This document shows positions 37,499 to 51,350 of a DNA stretch of 64,000 nt, piece by piece. The notes below the pieces were generated by a model. That model had not been told where the DNA came from and ran no database searches. It saw only the letters and a program-made list of their open reading frames with translations. The translations under genes were made by a program, and so were the position numbers. Numbering within the stretch: the first letter of the stretch is position 1; the number at the start of each line of letters is the position of its first letter. The DNA comes from Octopus bimaculoides (taxonomy: Eukaryota): NCBI RefSeq assembly GCF_001194135.2, contig NC_068985.1:20002354-20066353 (forward strand), given 5' to 3'.

Positions 37499-39599
37499 TC
37501 ACACGCACATACACACACTTACATACACAGACACACATATGACAACTAGATATAAACAAAAACAAGCGGGTAAAATAATTTTAACAGTAACAAGTGTGTT
37601 CTAACATTTCTTATTTATGTTTTTACTAAAGATTTTTTTTTAAAGTAAAGCGATAAAAAATTTGATTACTTTCAGTAATGAACATTTGATAAGCTGAATC
37701 TATTGCTAAAGAAAATTAATATTAAAGCTTTCAAAATATCATTAAAAATACTGATTTCTTACATAGGCATAAAATCACGAGTTTAGGAAATTTTTAGACG
37801 ATTACATCGACCACAGTAATTGATTTTTATCGATTCAGGAGGCTGAAAAGTAAAGATAACATCGGTGGGATTTGAACAATGGATGTAAAGAGACGTAACT
37901 AAATACTACAATGCATTCGTTTCGATTCTCTTCCGATTCTGCCAATCCCCTACTGGAAATAAATAAATACTAATCTTTGACATAAAGACAAGATTCAAGG
38001 TTACAATGTTTAGGGGTGTGAAACGTTCGATTAAATTTTATCCCCCATACATTACTGGTACATTTTTCATCGACCCTTTAGAAACGAATGGCAAAGTAAT
38101 ACTCGGCCGAATTCCAACTCAAAACGTAAGGGGTACAATTAAATAATTCAAGGGAAGGTATTTGCTTCATCGCTGAACCATTTCTGCCCAATTCACTGCT
38201 GTCACTGATGAAAACTATTTACAGCAATCTCCTTTTACTAAGATTATTGGTTTGAAAAAGAAAACCAAACCAAACAAAACAAAAAACAAAAACAAAACAA
38301 AGCGAAAAGCAAAAAACCCAAAATCAAAATGCAAAACAACCAAATATAAAAGATAAAGCTCTAATGAACTTAGGGCAGTTACATAACCATAATACATAAT
38401 GAATTACTGCTTGAAGTGAAATTTAATTGAGTTGTTTCAGACAACTTTCAATACAATTAAAAAATCATTGAGAGAAAAAGACGCAGATTATAAGAGTGAT
38501 AAAATGTTGTCAATAAGGATGGTAGATAAGCAGAATAGGTAGATAGAACTTCAGATAAATTGGTGATGATGGTGGATGATAGAAACCGTTGAACTTCCGA
38601 TAAACTAGTGGTGATGTATGGCAAAGTTAGTTGGATGTTGCACATAACGCCTCACGGTAATTAGTTACACTCGTTTACAATCTGAGTTTGCGGCGAATCG
38701 GTAGTGTTTGTAGAGTATTGTAGAGAATGCCTCAGCATGTTCGTTCTGGATTTCTTTTCTTTGAGTTCAATCCACACTGAGGTCAGCTTTATCTTTCATC
38801 CTTTCGGGGTTGATAAAATAACATTCCAAATATGATGTCAATTCTTCTTTTTGCCTTATTTTCTTTTAGAAATCTTTTTTCTCTGAAAGAAATCAGCGGT
38901 GGTCAGATCTCGTAAGAAGTCTCCACCAGGTTTAAACATATTCAGAACACATTGTATGTTACTAAGGCGCCCACATCACACCATTAGGAGTAGAGGACAC
39001 AAAGACAAAGCAAGTCTGAGTATACACATCGCAGTAGATTTAACCGACTAATTTGCTTTACTAGAAGCGTAGCATTCTGTCTCGGTTAGAAATCATTATT
39101 ACTTATATTGTGGAGTGAAGGATGGCAGAATGGGCAAAGGGTTGGACACAACACTTTGTAACATTTAAATAATTCATTTTAGGTTCTGAGATTAGATGCT
39201 ACTCTGGTAGATTACCTTCCATTCTTTCTGTGTGATAAAAATATTTCTAATCTAGTACAGTTTTAACGTCAATACACTGCCTTTCAAATTTGAAATATTG
39301 TGCTTATATTAGAAACATGGAATGGTAGACGGTTGGGTTACCAGACAAAATTTCTTGTGGTATTTACTTGTTCCTGTATGTTCTCAGTTAATATCGCACA
39401 TGGTCGACATTGGCTTTCGTCCTTTCAGAGTGGATCAAATAAGTAGTCGCTGAGTATCGCCTTGCTTAAATCGATTACATCCTAACCTTTTCCGAGTTTA
39501 TAACATTGAGGCGATGTATATAATCAGTAATAGTTATTGATATTTTTTGCTTTCTATGTCTGGAGGTAGGAACAGTACCAAAGACATTTACAGGCACTC

Positions 39600-39900
39600 C
39601 AGGATCAATGAGCCTGAGGCTGTTAATACCCCGCTGAAATTGTTACAAACCAACACCTGCTGCGAAAACATGAGATGATTCCAGAAGGTAAATATACTGA
39701 GGAGAAAGGACTGGATCTAATGGCTGTTGTGGGATTGGGGAAAATGGACGAAATAAGGATGCCTGAGGGGAAGAGGTACAAAACCAGCCAAGTTTGGGGA
39801 ACAGAGGCCATTATATATACACCTTTATGCATTTCCCTTGAAGATAGCTGCATAGAGTTCAAGACGGCAAGCAATTGGAACATCGCAGCTACAAGAAGAC
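39600..39900 (+). pseudogene. Possible RTE LINE 3' fragment (similar relic at 56040-56280)
   Basis: Weak resemblance to the RTE C-terminal 'L..D.GL...ELR.LM.DR..W' pattern. Confidence 0.35.
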
Positions 39901-40189
39901 AGTGAAATGAAATTTCAAGCTAACATGTTTAAGTTAAATGGCAAAGAAAAAATAATTTGGTTTTCGTAGTGGGAATTCCTTCGATAGATAATTTTAAAAG
40001 TGAATTTTAACGTTAGTTACATAGTTTGCAGAAAATCAAGTATGGCTGCATCTTGTGTAACTTCTATTAGAGGTAGTTATTTAGTGAAAGAAAATGATAA
40101 GAGTGGTAGTGGGAGGCCACCTAGGTGGGTTCTCCTTGCACCGGTGAGGAAACCGATATTACTGATAGCACCGCTAAAAATAGGAGCAC

Positions 40190-40630
40190 TCATATCATGA
40201 ATGACAGCGACGCATCTACAATAGCAGAAGTGATTGCAGCAGTAACATCAGCAGTAATAAGAGCATCAACAACGACTGCAACAGTAACAACAACAAGACC
40301 ACTAAAGTTACTAATACTGCTTCTGATAATAGAAGCCGCAATAGTGATAGAGGTTAAGGCTGTAGCAGATATTATTGTGATACTGTCAGATGAATTAGCC
40401 GTAGTCGCAGCAGTTGTGGAAGCAAACACGACAATAACAACATCAGCAAGATCAGATATAAAACCTCGAATCAAGTAACTAAGCAAAAAAATTACAGAAA
40501 TGATAAACATTCGTGTGCAATTATAAACCACAAGCAGCAAACTGTATTTCAAAATAATTAGCAGCATCAACAACTCTAACAATGCCCACATCACATCAAC
40601 TATCGCAGGAATAACTTCGAGTAATTCATC
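40190..40630. repeat. Decayed trinucleotide (AGC/AAC/AGT/AAT) low-complexity tract
   Basis: Repeating nAn triplets that give spurious ORFs on both strands. Confidence 0.7.
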
Positions 40631-40799
40631 CAATTTTTTTTCGACAGAGTGGAAACTCACTTTTCTAAATCAGTCATCAAATTCCACAAACTGTAATATT
40701 TATACCTTTTCTCCCTAAATTAGAGATTATCAACTCTATTTTTCGCTTATGACACCCTTTTGAATCCAAATGACCTCTGAAGTACCCTTTGCAGGTGTT

Positions 40800-41220
40800 A
40801 TTGTCTTTTATCTTTTATCTTTCACTTGTTTCAGGCATTGAACTGCAGCTATGCTGAGGCACTGCTTTGAAGGATTTTAGTCAAACAGATCGACCCCTGT
40901 ACATAATTTTTTTTCTAAAGTCTGGTACATATTTTATCATTCTTTTACCGAATCACTGAGTAACAGAGACGTAAACAAACTAACATTGGTTATCAAGCGG
41001 TGGTGGAGGTGACAAAACACAGGCAGAAAGACACGCGCAAACGCACACATGTATGTACATACAACGGGACCCCACAGTTTCCGTTTGTCAAATTGACTCC
41101 CAAGGCACTGGTCACTCGAAGATATAGTAAAAGATACTTGCCCCAAATTGTGGCGCAGTAGGACTTAAGCAGAAGCCACATGGTTACAAAGCGAGCTTCT
41201 TAACAACACAGCCTTTCTTG
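40800..41220 (-). mobile_element. SINE family B
   Basis: cacttgtttcagg tail, gtttccgtttgtcaaatt, aagatacttgcccc, aaccatg-like head. Confidence 0.85.
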
Positions 41221-41529
41221 CATCTACAGAGCTATGCCAATGTTCGTTAATCGCATCTGTATCACATGGAAACAAATTTAATAGAGTAGCTTACACAGAT
41301 GACTATTTTTATGCAGATAAAATTGTGTATTGGCAAAGTTCAATTACGACAGAAAGCGATAAGCACTATCTCAAATTTATATGTACTTTAGTTACTAAAC
41401 AAAATTCCCAGATACATAAAATATTTACTAACAAAATATGTTTGATACTTTATTCAGTGTTTTGAGGCTGTTGCAAACTTTCACGATTTTCAATATTTGG
41501 CTGCAATGTTGCAGACGTATCATAAAAAA

Positions 41530-42282
41530 AAGCGAGTCAAAAGTTTTGCAATATTGCATGCGTGCTAGTTTACGGCGTGTATAACATGTGTCCAAAGTAG
41601 TTCAATCCGTGGATGGTATCCGCTGAGGTTGTTAGGATAACAGTAGTTGGTGCGCTGACACGCTTTGCATTGCTTCATTCCATATGTAATATAAAAGCCG
41701 CAAAGATGAACGTACAGCTTACGCTTTACGAGTTCGAACTGGGCCATAACACCGCAAAAGCAACTAAAACATTTGTTGTGCGAAAGGTGCAAATGATTAC
41801 AGTACAGTAATCAAATGCTTCAAGAAATGTCACTCGGTTTGTAAGAACCTCAACGATCAGATAAGGTCAGGTAGGACTAGAACCGTGGATTCCGAGACCG
41901 TGCTCCAAGTTATAGAGGCAAATCTGGCGAGTAGCTCGAACGACCCGGAATAAGCGCCAGGAACTTGAAAGAAAGGAACTGATGTCACACCCAGCTATGG
42001 TCTAAATTTAGTTCCCTCGAATTGTTACTTGTTCCGATCAATGGCTCACTTTCTGTGCTCGAAACGCTTCATCAGCCAAGAAGAAGTGAAAACTTCAGTG
42101 AAGGAGCGCTTCTCCTCGAAGGACAAGAACTGGTATAAGCATGGGATAAAAAAAAAAAAAAACTGGCAGAAAGGTGGCTTCAGATGGTGAGACACAATGG
42201 CTTTTGCTTTGAATGCCAGGTTGCCTTTTTTGTAATTTGACGAATAAAACAAATATTGCAAAACTTTTAATTCAATCTTGTA
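41530..42282 (+). mobile_element. Internally deleted mariner with TIRs
   Basis: 17-bp inverted match aaaagttttgcaatatt (41539-41555 / 42252-42268). N-term LYEFELGHNTAKA...RSGR; C-term YLFRSMAHFL..KRF...WYKHGI..LAERWLQ. Confidence 0.85.
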
Positions 42283-42436
42283 GTAGGTACGTTACTCGGC
42301 TGAAGCGAGATTCCACAAGATAATACATACAAAAAGCAAGAGAAGTGGAAAGCTTTTGGAATTTAACTACTTTTTCATTAACTATGTTCACCATGTCTAA
42401 ATAAAGCTAGAGCAGTTTCAATATTCAGTAACTCTT

Positions 42437-43360
42437 AATGAAGCTTTCTAGTAATTTAATGTCAACACCAGCTGCATTTAACGGGAATGGATCTACTTTC
42501 CCAAATTTGGAATTCTTATCTCTAGCAATTCGTTGGACTGAACTCTCATATCATTATACAAATGTTTTAAATACTCAACGTACACAGAAAGATTATCGTT
42601 TCGTAGTTCAGTGTCAATGGTAGCTAAAGGTGGAAACTGTACCAAGTCGTGACGTCCTATATTAACACTGAATAGTTGGAGCTTTTATTGAAAAACAACA
42701 ATAACCTCTTTCCAAGATATAAAATTACAGTTTTCTCCTTGTAATTGTTTGTTCAGACAAAATTAAGCTTTTCAATTATATCTGAGAGCTAAAATATACC
42801 ACGACTGGTAGCACCAACAGTTTACCAGGCTGCTTACTCTTCAGATACGACACTTTGCTGTCGCAAAGAGCCATGAAGCGACTAAGATTGTTAGTTTTTG
42901 ATAGCATCAGTAGGCGTTTAAATGTTTCAACATTTTTGTTACAAACTTCCCGAGGAAAAGACGAACCTTGAAGTATATTTGATTTGATAAGTTTGACAGC
43001 TTTTTCATAATGACAAAGACATCAATCAGGTACCCATTCTATTGTTTTGAAATTACATGTTGACAGAAAGCTACGTAGTGTATGCAAAAAAAAAAACACC
43101 CCCAACAACCATAGGTACACCAATTTTAGTACTCTTTACTCTTTTACTTTTTTACTTGTTTCAGTCATTTGACTGCGGCCATGCTGGAGCATCGCCTTTA
43201 GTCGAGCAAATCGACCCCAGGACTTATTCTTTGTAAGCCTAGTACTTATTCTATCGGTCTCTTTTGCCGAGCCGTTAAGTTACAGGGACGTAAACACACC
43301 AGCATCAGTTGTCAAGTGATGTTGGGAGGACAGACACAGACACACAAACATATACACACA

Positions 43361-43431
<71 letters not shown>

Positions 43432-43960
43432 GACGGGCTTCTTTCAGTTTCCGTCTACCAAATCCACTCACAAGGCTTTGGTCGGCCCGAGGCTATAGTA
43501 GAAGACACTTGCCCAAGGTGCCATGCAGTTGGACGGAACCCGGAACCATGTGGTTAGTAATCAAGCTACATACCACACAGCCGCTCCTGCGCCTATGTAG
43601 GTAATATATTTCTTATATCCCACCTTTCATTGAGGCAGCACCATCAGTCTCAAAAAGTATTTATACGCTGTTGTGGAATATCATTTTCCTGGAGAAAAGA
43701 AAAAAAAAAGAGAAGGCTCAACTTCTTTAAAGAAATTGTTTCAGCTTTGTGACGTTAGCAGGCTTTCGGGCAAAAATTATTTACTCTTTGAGATAACTAT
43801 CATTCAAAGACGTAACATATCCATCAGAACTGCTTCATTATCCATTAAAATGGATTCTTCGATCTGCAGAGCAAACTGCTTCACCTGCAAATTTACAAAC
43901 TAGTTGTTTTCCCTACATTGTTAGCCATTTTATCAATGTTCTTTGATTCTGATGACTTGC
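42437..43960 (-). pseudogene. hAT (Charlie/Buster-like) transposase relic interrupted by a SINE
   Basis: 43690-43960: IDKMANNV...QFALQIEES..DNEAVLM. 42437-43025: KAVKLIKSN, LSDIIEKLN, NKQLQGENCNF, KLQLFSVNIGRHDLVQFP. Confidence 0.8.
43130..43596 (-). mobile_element. Full-length SINE family B with internal (TA)n
   Basis: Head at ~43590, internal (TA)n at 43363-43430, (tttac)n-type tail at 43130. Confidence 0.9.
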
Positions 43961-44750
43961 CTGAAAATCAGTAATTTCATGTATACTCTGCTTTACGACA
44001 GTTGAAAGCACAATAGACATTACAGGTATATACACACATAAATCGGCTTTATATACCGAAATATAAAGCTTAAAACTAAATTACAACTATTACTTTTATA
44101 CTAATGCGTTCTACAATTTACATCACAAATTTATTTTTTAAAGTCACCTCGCTCGTTTACAGAAAACATAACTGTATAACAAATGTGTATTTAAAATGTT
44201 TGTAGGGCACCATCTTCCCTTTCATGAAAACATACCTGTGAAACACCTGAAACAAATGCTTCTGATAGTAAATCAATAGTGCATCGTGTAAACATAATTT
44301 GAAAAATCCACAAGCAACCATACTAATTTTATATGTTATTATCAATAGCCTCAGACAATTTCTACCACACAACTTTCTTCACTCTACATCTATTAAAAAA
44401 AAATCAAATATCTTCAGATATTCTTGGAGCCTTTTAAATTGATCTATTTTCAAATTGATTTCTTATCGTAATGTATTATGAGTTCTTACCACTTGTTTAT
44501 ATTGCTCATTGTATTCTTTAACCACCCTAAAATTCCTAGTAAAGGTGCCGAACATACAAATACTCCTTTTAAATGTAGTTAGTACATTCGACATGTATAT
44601 ACAAGGATACTCACATAATTAAATACTTCTGTAATCAACAGGCATTTTTAATCCATTGTAAATTCATAGTGCTGGTGGTTACTGACCATTAATTATAAAT
44701 TTCAAACTTATATAATTCCATTCACAAAACCATATCCCTTAGTATTTATT

Positions 44751-45985
44751 TATATACTACTAAAACTGTCTGGTTACTTGCTTGTCTCATTTAACAAAGG
44801 CAAACCGGCGCATAATGGGAAATTATAATGAATTAAGGTTCCCCTGAAATGTGAATACAGATGGAATAAAGCAAATTTCGTGTAAATCGGACCACTGGTT
44901 CTTGAGGAGCTTTCGAGGGTAATCATTTAGAAATATTTTTAAGTGAATGTGATCTCAAAAATTTAAGTTGTTTGTACAGTAAGTATTTATATTTTAGCTT
45001 TCTTTAAACAGACAATATTTTAGTTTTTTTAAAAATTATTTTTAAGTGAATACCATTTCAAAAATTCTTTTTGGCATATTTAAAAAAATATTTTTAAGTG
45101 AAAATGACTTGAAAATATTTTGTAACTTCGGAGTAAAATAATATTTTTCCTCGGTTTTTTTCGTGTGCATTCAACGTATCTCACCTCCAAAGATTTGGGT
45201 GCTATTTCTTGCACGCCTTACTACCACGTAACAGCTATTTGCGATAAAGGACCTGAAATAGCTTTTACGTGGTAGCAGAGTGTGCAAGAAACAGCAGCCA
45301 AATCTTTCCATTTTTGGGAGAAAGGAGCCGTTTATGTGAAATTTCGATGTCACATTCGTTGAAAGCATGCGAAATAACCTGGAAAAGAAGAAAAAACCCG
45401 TGGGAAACTTCGGGATCCCCACCACCCCTCCACCCTTTCTTTTCCGGGAAAAAGTGGCTTTAGAGGTGAGATACGTTGAATGCACTCGAAAAAAATCTGT
45501 GGAAAAAATTATTTCACACCGAAGAACGTAATATTTACCCAAGATCAGGATAGATATACGAATAGAAGGATCGATGAGACTGATAAAGCAAGGGCTGAAC
45601 ATCTGGCGGAACAGAGGGAAAGAGACAGAAGCAGGAGAGATCAGGAATCAGACGTTCGGAGAGCTGAGCGTCTGGCGAAGCAGAGGGCGAGAGACAAAAG
45701 CAGGAGACATCACGAATCGGATGTTCATGTGAATACAAACGGATAAAACAAGTTTCGCGTAAATCAGACCACGGGTTACCGAGGTACGCGTTCTTTTCGG
45801 GTACCTTTTTAAATAGCCAAACCGGCATATAATGGGAAAATGCTTAGAAAGTAAGGTACCATTGAAATGTGAATACAAACGGAATAACAGAAGTTTCGCG
45901 TAAATCGGACCACGGATTCCCGAGATACACGGTTTTTTCGGGTACCTCGAACTATTGGTGACCCAGCGGGTCACGGATAGTCTAG
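44751..45985 (+). mobile_element. Non-autonomous Helitron
   Basis: 3' end GTGACCC-agc-GGGTCAC hairpin (45958-45974), then CTAG (45982-45985) and t. 5' end tatatactactaaaactgtc. Three copies of a ~140-bp internal repeat (~44800, ~45730, ~45815). Rep N-terminal-like charged repeats at 45537-45740 (RAEHLAEQRERDRSRR..ESD.RRAERLAKQRAR). Confidence 0.8.
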
Positions 45986-47279
45986 TAAGGTAGTCTAGTA
46001 ACTACTACTATCCAACTGCATAACTTTAATTCTCATTCTACGTAGATATCAATTTGAATTTATAACACAGTTACGTTTCATCCTCTTGTATTTTAATAGA
46101 GGGAGCTGTCGTCTGTCTATCTTTCAGATGTAAGAGGCTTGTTTAATTCTCTTACATGCTTATCGCGCAATCATTTTGAATTTCTTCACTATTTATACAT
46201 GTTTTATTTCTTATATACGCTGTCATCACCTTAAATGAGGAGCTGTCATAAGCAATGTAAAGTAAACTTTTCTATTATTTCCAACATTAATATACTAAAC
46301 TCATACATTTAACAATCTTGAAACAAAACAATCTAAACGCTTGTTTGGAAACTTTTAATATGTTAACGACAAACGAATTCACATTTAGTATATATATATA
46401 TATATTTACAACTTTTATAAACATGTGTTACATCCCTTAAACTCAACATGCTTTTTCGTTGATAAAGTTTTGAAATCTTTTCGGTAGTTTATTTTTGATT
46501 TGATGGCGAGTTTGTTATTTAACCAAAACAAAACCTTTCTATCACAACATGCTTACAATGTATAAATTATTTCCTATTCCTAGTAATCTTTCTTACTTTA
46601 CAGATTGTATATTATCTCCTTTATACAATTTTATTTTTCGTATTTATACTTATTAGTAGCCGACATACTTATCTTTTATCTTTTCATTATCTACAGCTAT
46701 TTTAATTATAACTACAACTTCAGTTTCCTATATTTCTTTTTACCTTACTGCAAATCTCACTTATAGCTTCTGCAATCTTGAAATATAACATAATAAATAC
46801 TTTTTTTTGTGTGTATTTATGAGTTACTGCTCTTAATAAATATGGATATTATTTAAGTATTTGGAAATCGCTTTGAAATTCTTTCGTAAGAACATTCAAT
46901 ACGATAGCTGTTAATATCTATTATATAACTAATGAAGAGAAAAGTTTTTTTTTTGAAATATACATAGAAAGCATAACTACATCTTCTATTTTCTGCAATT
47001 AATTCACTTCAAAACTTGTTCACTTCACCGCCCCGCATATTTAAATATACCTGTAATTTTACGTTTTTTAATAAATACTTTGGGAAATTGAAAAAGAGAA
47101 ACTTGGACACCCTTAGTTAATTTGCTGATTGCTTGATTTGTAGGCATAGATGTGTGTGGTTGCTCATCTCTTTCTCTTAATGGCTTCTCTAAGCCTTTTG
47201 AGTATTTTAATGTATCACCCGCTGTTCACAGTATAATTACATTTCAGAAAATCAAAACGAATGACGCCCTTGTTAGTCA

Positions 47280-48040
47280 TCATGATTCCTATGCCGATCA
47301 CTGGCTCCTGATCTTCTTAAGCCTTAAAGATGAGGTGTGATGTCATTCTATGGACTGAGCCTTCATCTCCAGATCATAAAAATTACGCCCAGCTTTCATT
47401 TCCTGCTACGGATCGAGAAAAAAAGAATGGCATGTCTTTATTGGCTTCAAACTCTTCCGGCAGATCAGAGCAGACTCCCACTATTCTCTTCTTAAAATTG
47501 GGTTTCAACTTCCAAGGTACCCACTTCGCACACATTTTCAGATATCCAAAGTATTCTGCCATCTTCAAAGTATTCCGCCATAAAGGAATTGTAACCACAG
47601 CTCAGTTGTGCAGTAAGCTCAGAGATTGTGACTCGTCTGCCCGTGCCAATCAATTCGTCTACCCGCTGGTGACTCGTGTCAATGGTCGCAGTTGATAGTC
47701 TTCCACTGCGTAATATGTATTTTATATTAGATTCTTTTTCTCTAAATTTTCAACCAATGTGTATAGTCTTTTTGTTAATGATGTCATCTTCGTAAACAAC
47801 TTGTTGTCTTATGTGGAGTTTGGACATCCTGCACCCCTTCTTCGTCAAGAATTCGATGATAGCATGTGGCTTCTGATGTAGCTCATATTTGCGTGCGATA
47901 AAGGAGAGAAAGAAAAAAAAGAAAGAGTGACTTTATCAGCATAAGTAATTTGAGCGATGTACGTTTATTAATAAACGTATATTTATTAATAAACAAGTTA
48001 TGCTTACTACTTTTGCATTAATTTCGGGACAATCTTCGTG
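47280..48040 (-). pseudogene. Mariner relic, 5' half with terminus
   Basis: AIIEFLTK, GRRVTISEL, KMCAKWVPWKL, VAGNESW. Terminus cacgaagattgtcccgaaattaatgc. Confidence 0.85.
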
Positions 48041-48046
48041 CATGTA

Positions 48047-48090
<44 letters not shown>

Positions 48091-48349
48091 CACACGCACG
48101 CACGTACACACACACATGTGCATACATCGTTAAACTGGAAGCGCAAAAATTAAAAACACGAGGAATATGACAGTGTGATTTGTACATGTAACTGTTAAAA
48201 GTTTGCGTGTGTTTCCCTCAGAAACTTCAGTCAGCCTTCAGATAGCCTGTTTTTCAAGTGATTTCTAAAAATGTTCTGTAGTCTCTGATTGATGATTAGT
48301 AACTTACACTATCACCAAGATACTTTCCCCACCCACAACAAATATAAGA

Positions 48350-51300
48350 AAAACTATAAAGAAATCCGAAAGTAAAACCATGAAATACACATAAAAGACC
48401 TACAGCTAATGGAATGATTGCACTTCACAGCATCTTCAAATACCCATACCAGCGCTGCCAAATTTCTAGAATAATATAATTTTAAAAACTTTAACAAAAC
48501 CCATCTGAAACAAATTCATAGAGACCGCCTTAACCTCCTACACCCATCTTAAAAAATCATAGAAAGTCTAATTTCTAACATTATCGACTTTCACATTTCT
48601 GCTTCGAATTCGCAACATAGATTTTACACTCAACTATCTCACTGATCTCTCCCACCAAACTTTACATAAAGAATACACAGTGGCTTGAAGATTGAAAAAA
48701 AAAGAAAAGCTCTTATGCAACATCATAACTTCGAACGTCTCTAGCAAACCATTTAACTCAATCCTCGGTACCTATTTATTAATTAGATACTCAATATAAC
48801 CTTAAAAACATTTGTTCAGTCAGGATCGGCCAAAGGATAAACTAATGATAAAATTCTGGCGAGCAAATTTCATTCCAAGCCTCCCTGCGTATGTGTACAG
48901 TATGTATGGTGGCACTCCGTCGGTTACGACGACGAGGGTTCCAGTTGATCTGATCAACGGAACAGCCTGCTCATGAAATTAACGTGCAAGTGGCTGAGCA
49001 CTCCACAGACACGTGTACCCTTAACGTAGTTCTCGGGGAGATTCAGCGTGACACAGAGTGTGACAAGGCTAGCCCTTTGAAATACAGGCACAACAGAAAC
49101 AGGAAGAAAGAGTGAGAGTAAGTTGTGGTGAAAGTGTACAACAGGGTGCGCCACAAGCCCCCTGCCGGAGCCTCGTGGAGCTTTAGGTGTTTTCGCTCAG
49201 TAAACACTCACAACGCCCGGTCTGGGAATCGAAACCGCGATCCTACGACCGCGAGTCCGCTGCCCTAACCACTGGGCCATTGCGCCTCCACATGTGTACA
49301 GTAACAAGATAGCTGAAACCAGAAGCTTTTTAAAAGGTGTGTCACAAGAATCCATCCTCTCGCCATATGATTCAGTTTATAGCGAACGAGCTGCCTACAA
49401 CTTAGAAAAAAATCGTCATACACAGCCTAATAAGTAGATGACTTCATCACATCCTTCCAATATTCCCAAAACACAATAGTGTAAATTTTCCAATCCTGCT
49501 GCAAACTGCTAGAAATCTGGCTTGAAACATATTGATCAAAAAGTAATCATTACCAAAACTGCCATCTCTCTTCTTAGTAACAACACAAACGAATACAGCC
49601 TACCGTCACGTTCAATAGTACAAGCAAACAAAATACTTAAAAACCTAAAATGTTAGAAATAGCGTTGCACGCAGACATAAAAGACAGAGTAAAGAAAGTA
49701 AAGCGTACATTTAAAATTAAATCATTCACAGGTTTTATTCTAAGAACACTATCCCTCCCTCTTTGTCCAGAGAAATAAAGATAAGCAAAACAGTACATAT
49801 AAATAATCCATTCTACTATAAGCACAAGGCCTGGAATTTTGAGGGGAAGAATTTAGTCGATTACATCGACCCAAGCATTCGACTGGTATTTATTTTAGCG
49901 ACTCCAAGTATTTGAACTCAGAACGTACTGAGCATTTTGTCAGGATTGCTAACGATTCCGCCAACACGCTGCCTTATGGTGTTTTAGTGCTTAAACAATA
50001 ATGATAGTAACAAAAACAATCTCATTGTCCTCAAGCACTACTGAAATGCACCAGGGATATGTGCGGACAAGTAATTATCGTACTTCGATCCGGTTCACTC
50101 GCTTTCGTCTCTACCAACCAAGAAACTTCTGCACGATCGATTGATCTTCCAGAAATAATAACCAAACGCTCCCTCATACAAGCCTGTATTAACTTAAAAC
50201 GGAAGAATACACTGGATAATGTAGTCCTTGATATAACATGCCAAAAAATACGACAGGATGGACATGACTAGAACTCACAGATATATACCGACAACACAAA
50301 ACACCAAAAACTTATATCATAAATTCAAGATCGCAACAAAATATAACAAGAAAATGTGGGTGTAAGTTAAATATCTTCATTTTCACATTCATAGCTCTGC
50401 AGTATATTCAAGCAGCAAATGTAAACATACGCACCCCACACGCAACAAAACTAACGACATCAAATACACGCCTTTATGAGATTAAAAATCACAAAGAACG
50501 TTCATGTTGCTATTATATAAACTCAGATTAGGTTCTCTTAAATCTTAAATTACATCTTTGTTAGGGAGAACAGATCAACCCATGAACGAGGTCTTATAAC
50601 GGACATAAAAGCATGCATCTACTGCAGAGATACCACTGACGATAATCGATCATTAAAAGCACACGATGCACTAGAAATGCAAGTATTCAAAATAAAAGCG
50701 AATGATAAGCAACACATTAGTGTAATAAACATCTGCATGCAGTCCATCAGCCGCCTCACCAGGTTACATAACCTATTATAGATAAACACGTCTTCATTTC
50801 GCAGATGCCCTACAAAAGCACAAGCTGTGTTGTAATAGTATTGCAACTGAATCCCCTTTGCATCTTGAATAACCCATGCCAACACACGTACCTCATAAAG
50901 GTAACAACTACACCTCCTGTCCAAACATTACCTTCTGTTTTACATATCTAGCTATCATAAATAACTATATAACAAACAGTCCTTTAATCTCTAAGCACCT
51001 ATCTATCATCATCACAATACACTCTCATATCTCTGAGCTAAATAAAAAAAACGGTTCACAAGCTTCAAAACAGGCCGGTGGATTCGTTACCACCAAGAAA
51101 AAAATGAAGATTCGTAGATTCGCGGAACTAAACATCTCAATCGTCAACATAAACACTGCGGTTCAACGTAATAATTATAAACGATTTTCAAACTCATATC
51201 CTATAAAGCAATATAAAAAAATACTATTGCCCAATTAAGTCACCAAAGCGGCCAACATGATGAAAACTTGAGATAACCTCAAATACAACATATCCAATAT

Positions 51301-51350
51301 ATCATTCAACAGATATAAATCTCAGCATCAAACAACTAAGCAAAAAAAAA
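48350..51350 (+). pseudogene. Highly degraded A/C-rich non-LTR retrotransposon remnants, interrupted by SINEs
   Basis: Strong A/C strand skew and faint endonuclease/RT-like peptides. Boundaries are uncertain. Confidence 0.35.
48903..49291 (-). mobile_element. Young SINE family C with 12-bp TSD
   Basis: atgtgtacagta at 48891-48902 and 49292-49303. Intact head gtggaggcgcaatggcccagtggttaggg...ggtttcgattccc. Confidence 0.92.

Noticed and set aside
40125-40660. Overlapping 117-aa and 156-aa ORFs
   Set aside because: A decayed trinucleotide tract lacking stops; no domain recognised.
50150-50320. Apparent GIY-YIG-like peptide NVVLDITCQK
   Set aside because: The DNA matches a dispersed non-coding repeat also seen at ~36540 (ggataatgt..tcct.gata), and the catalytic residues are absent.
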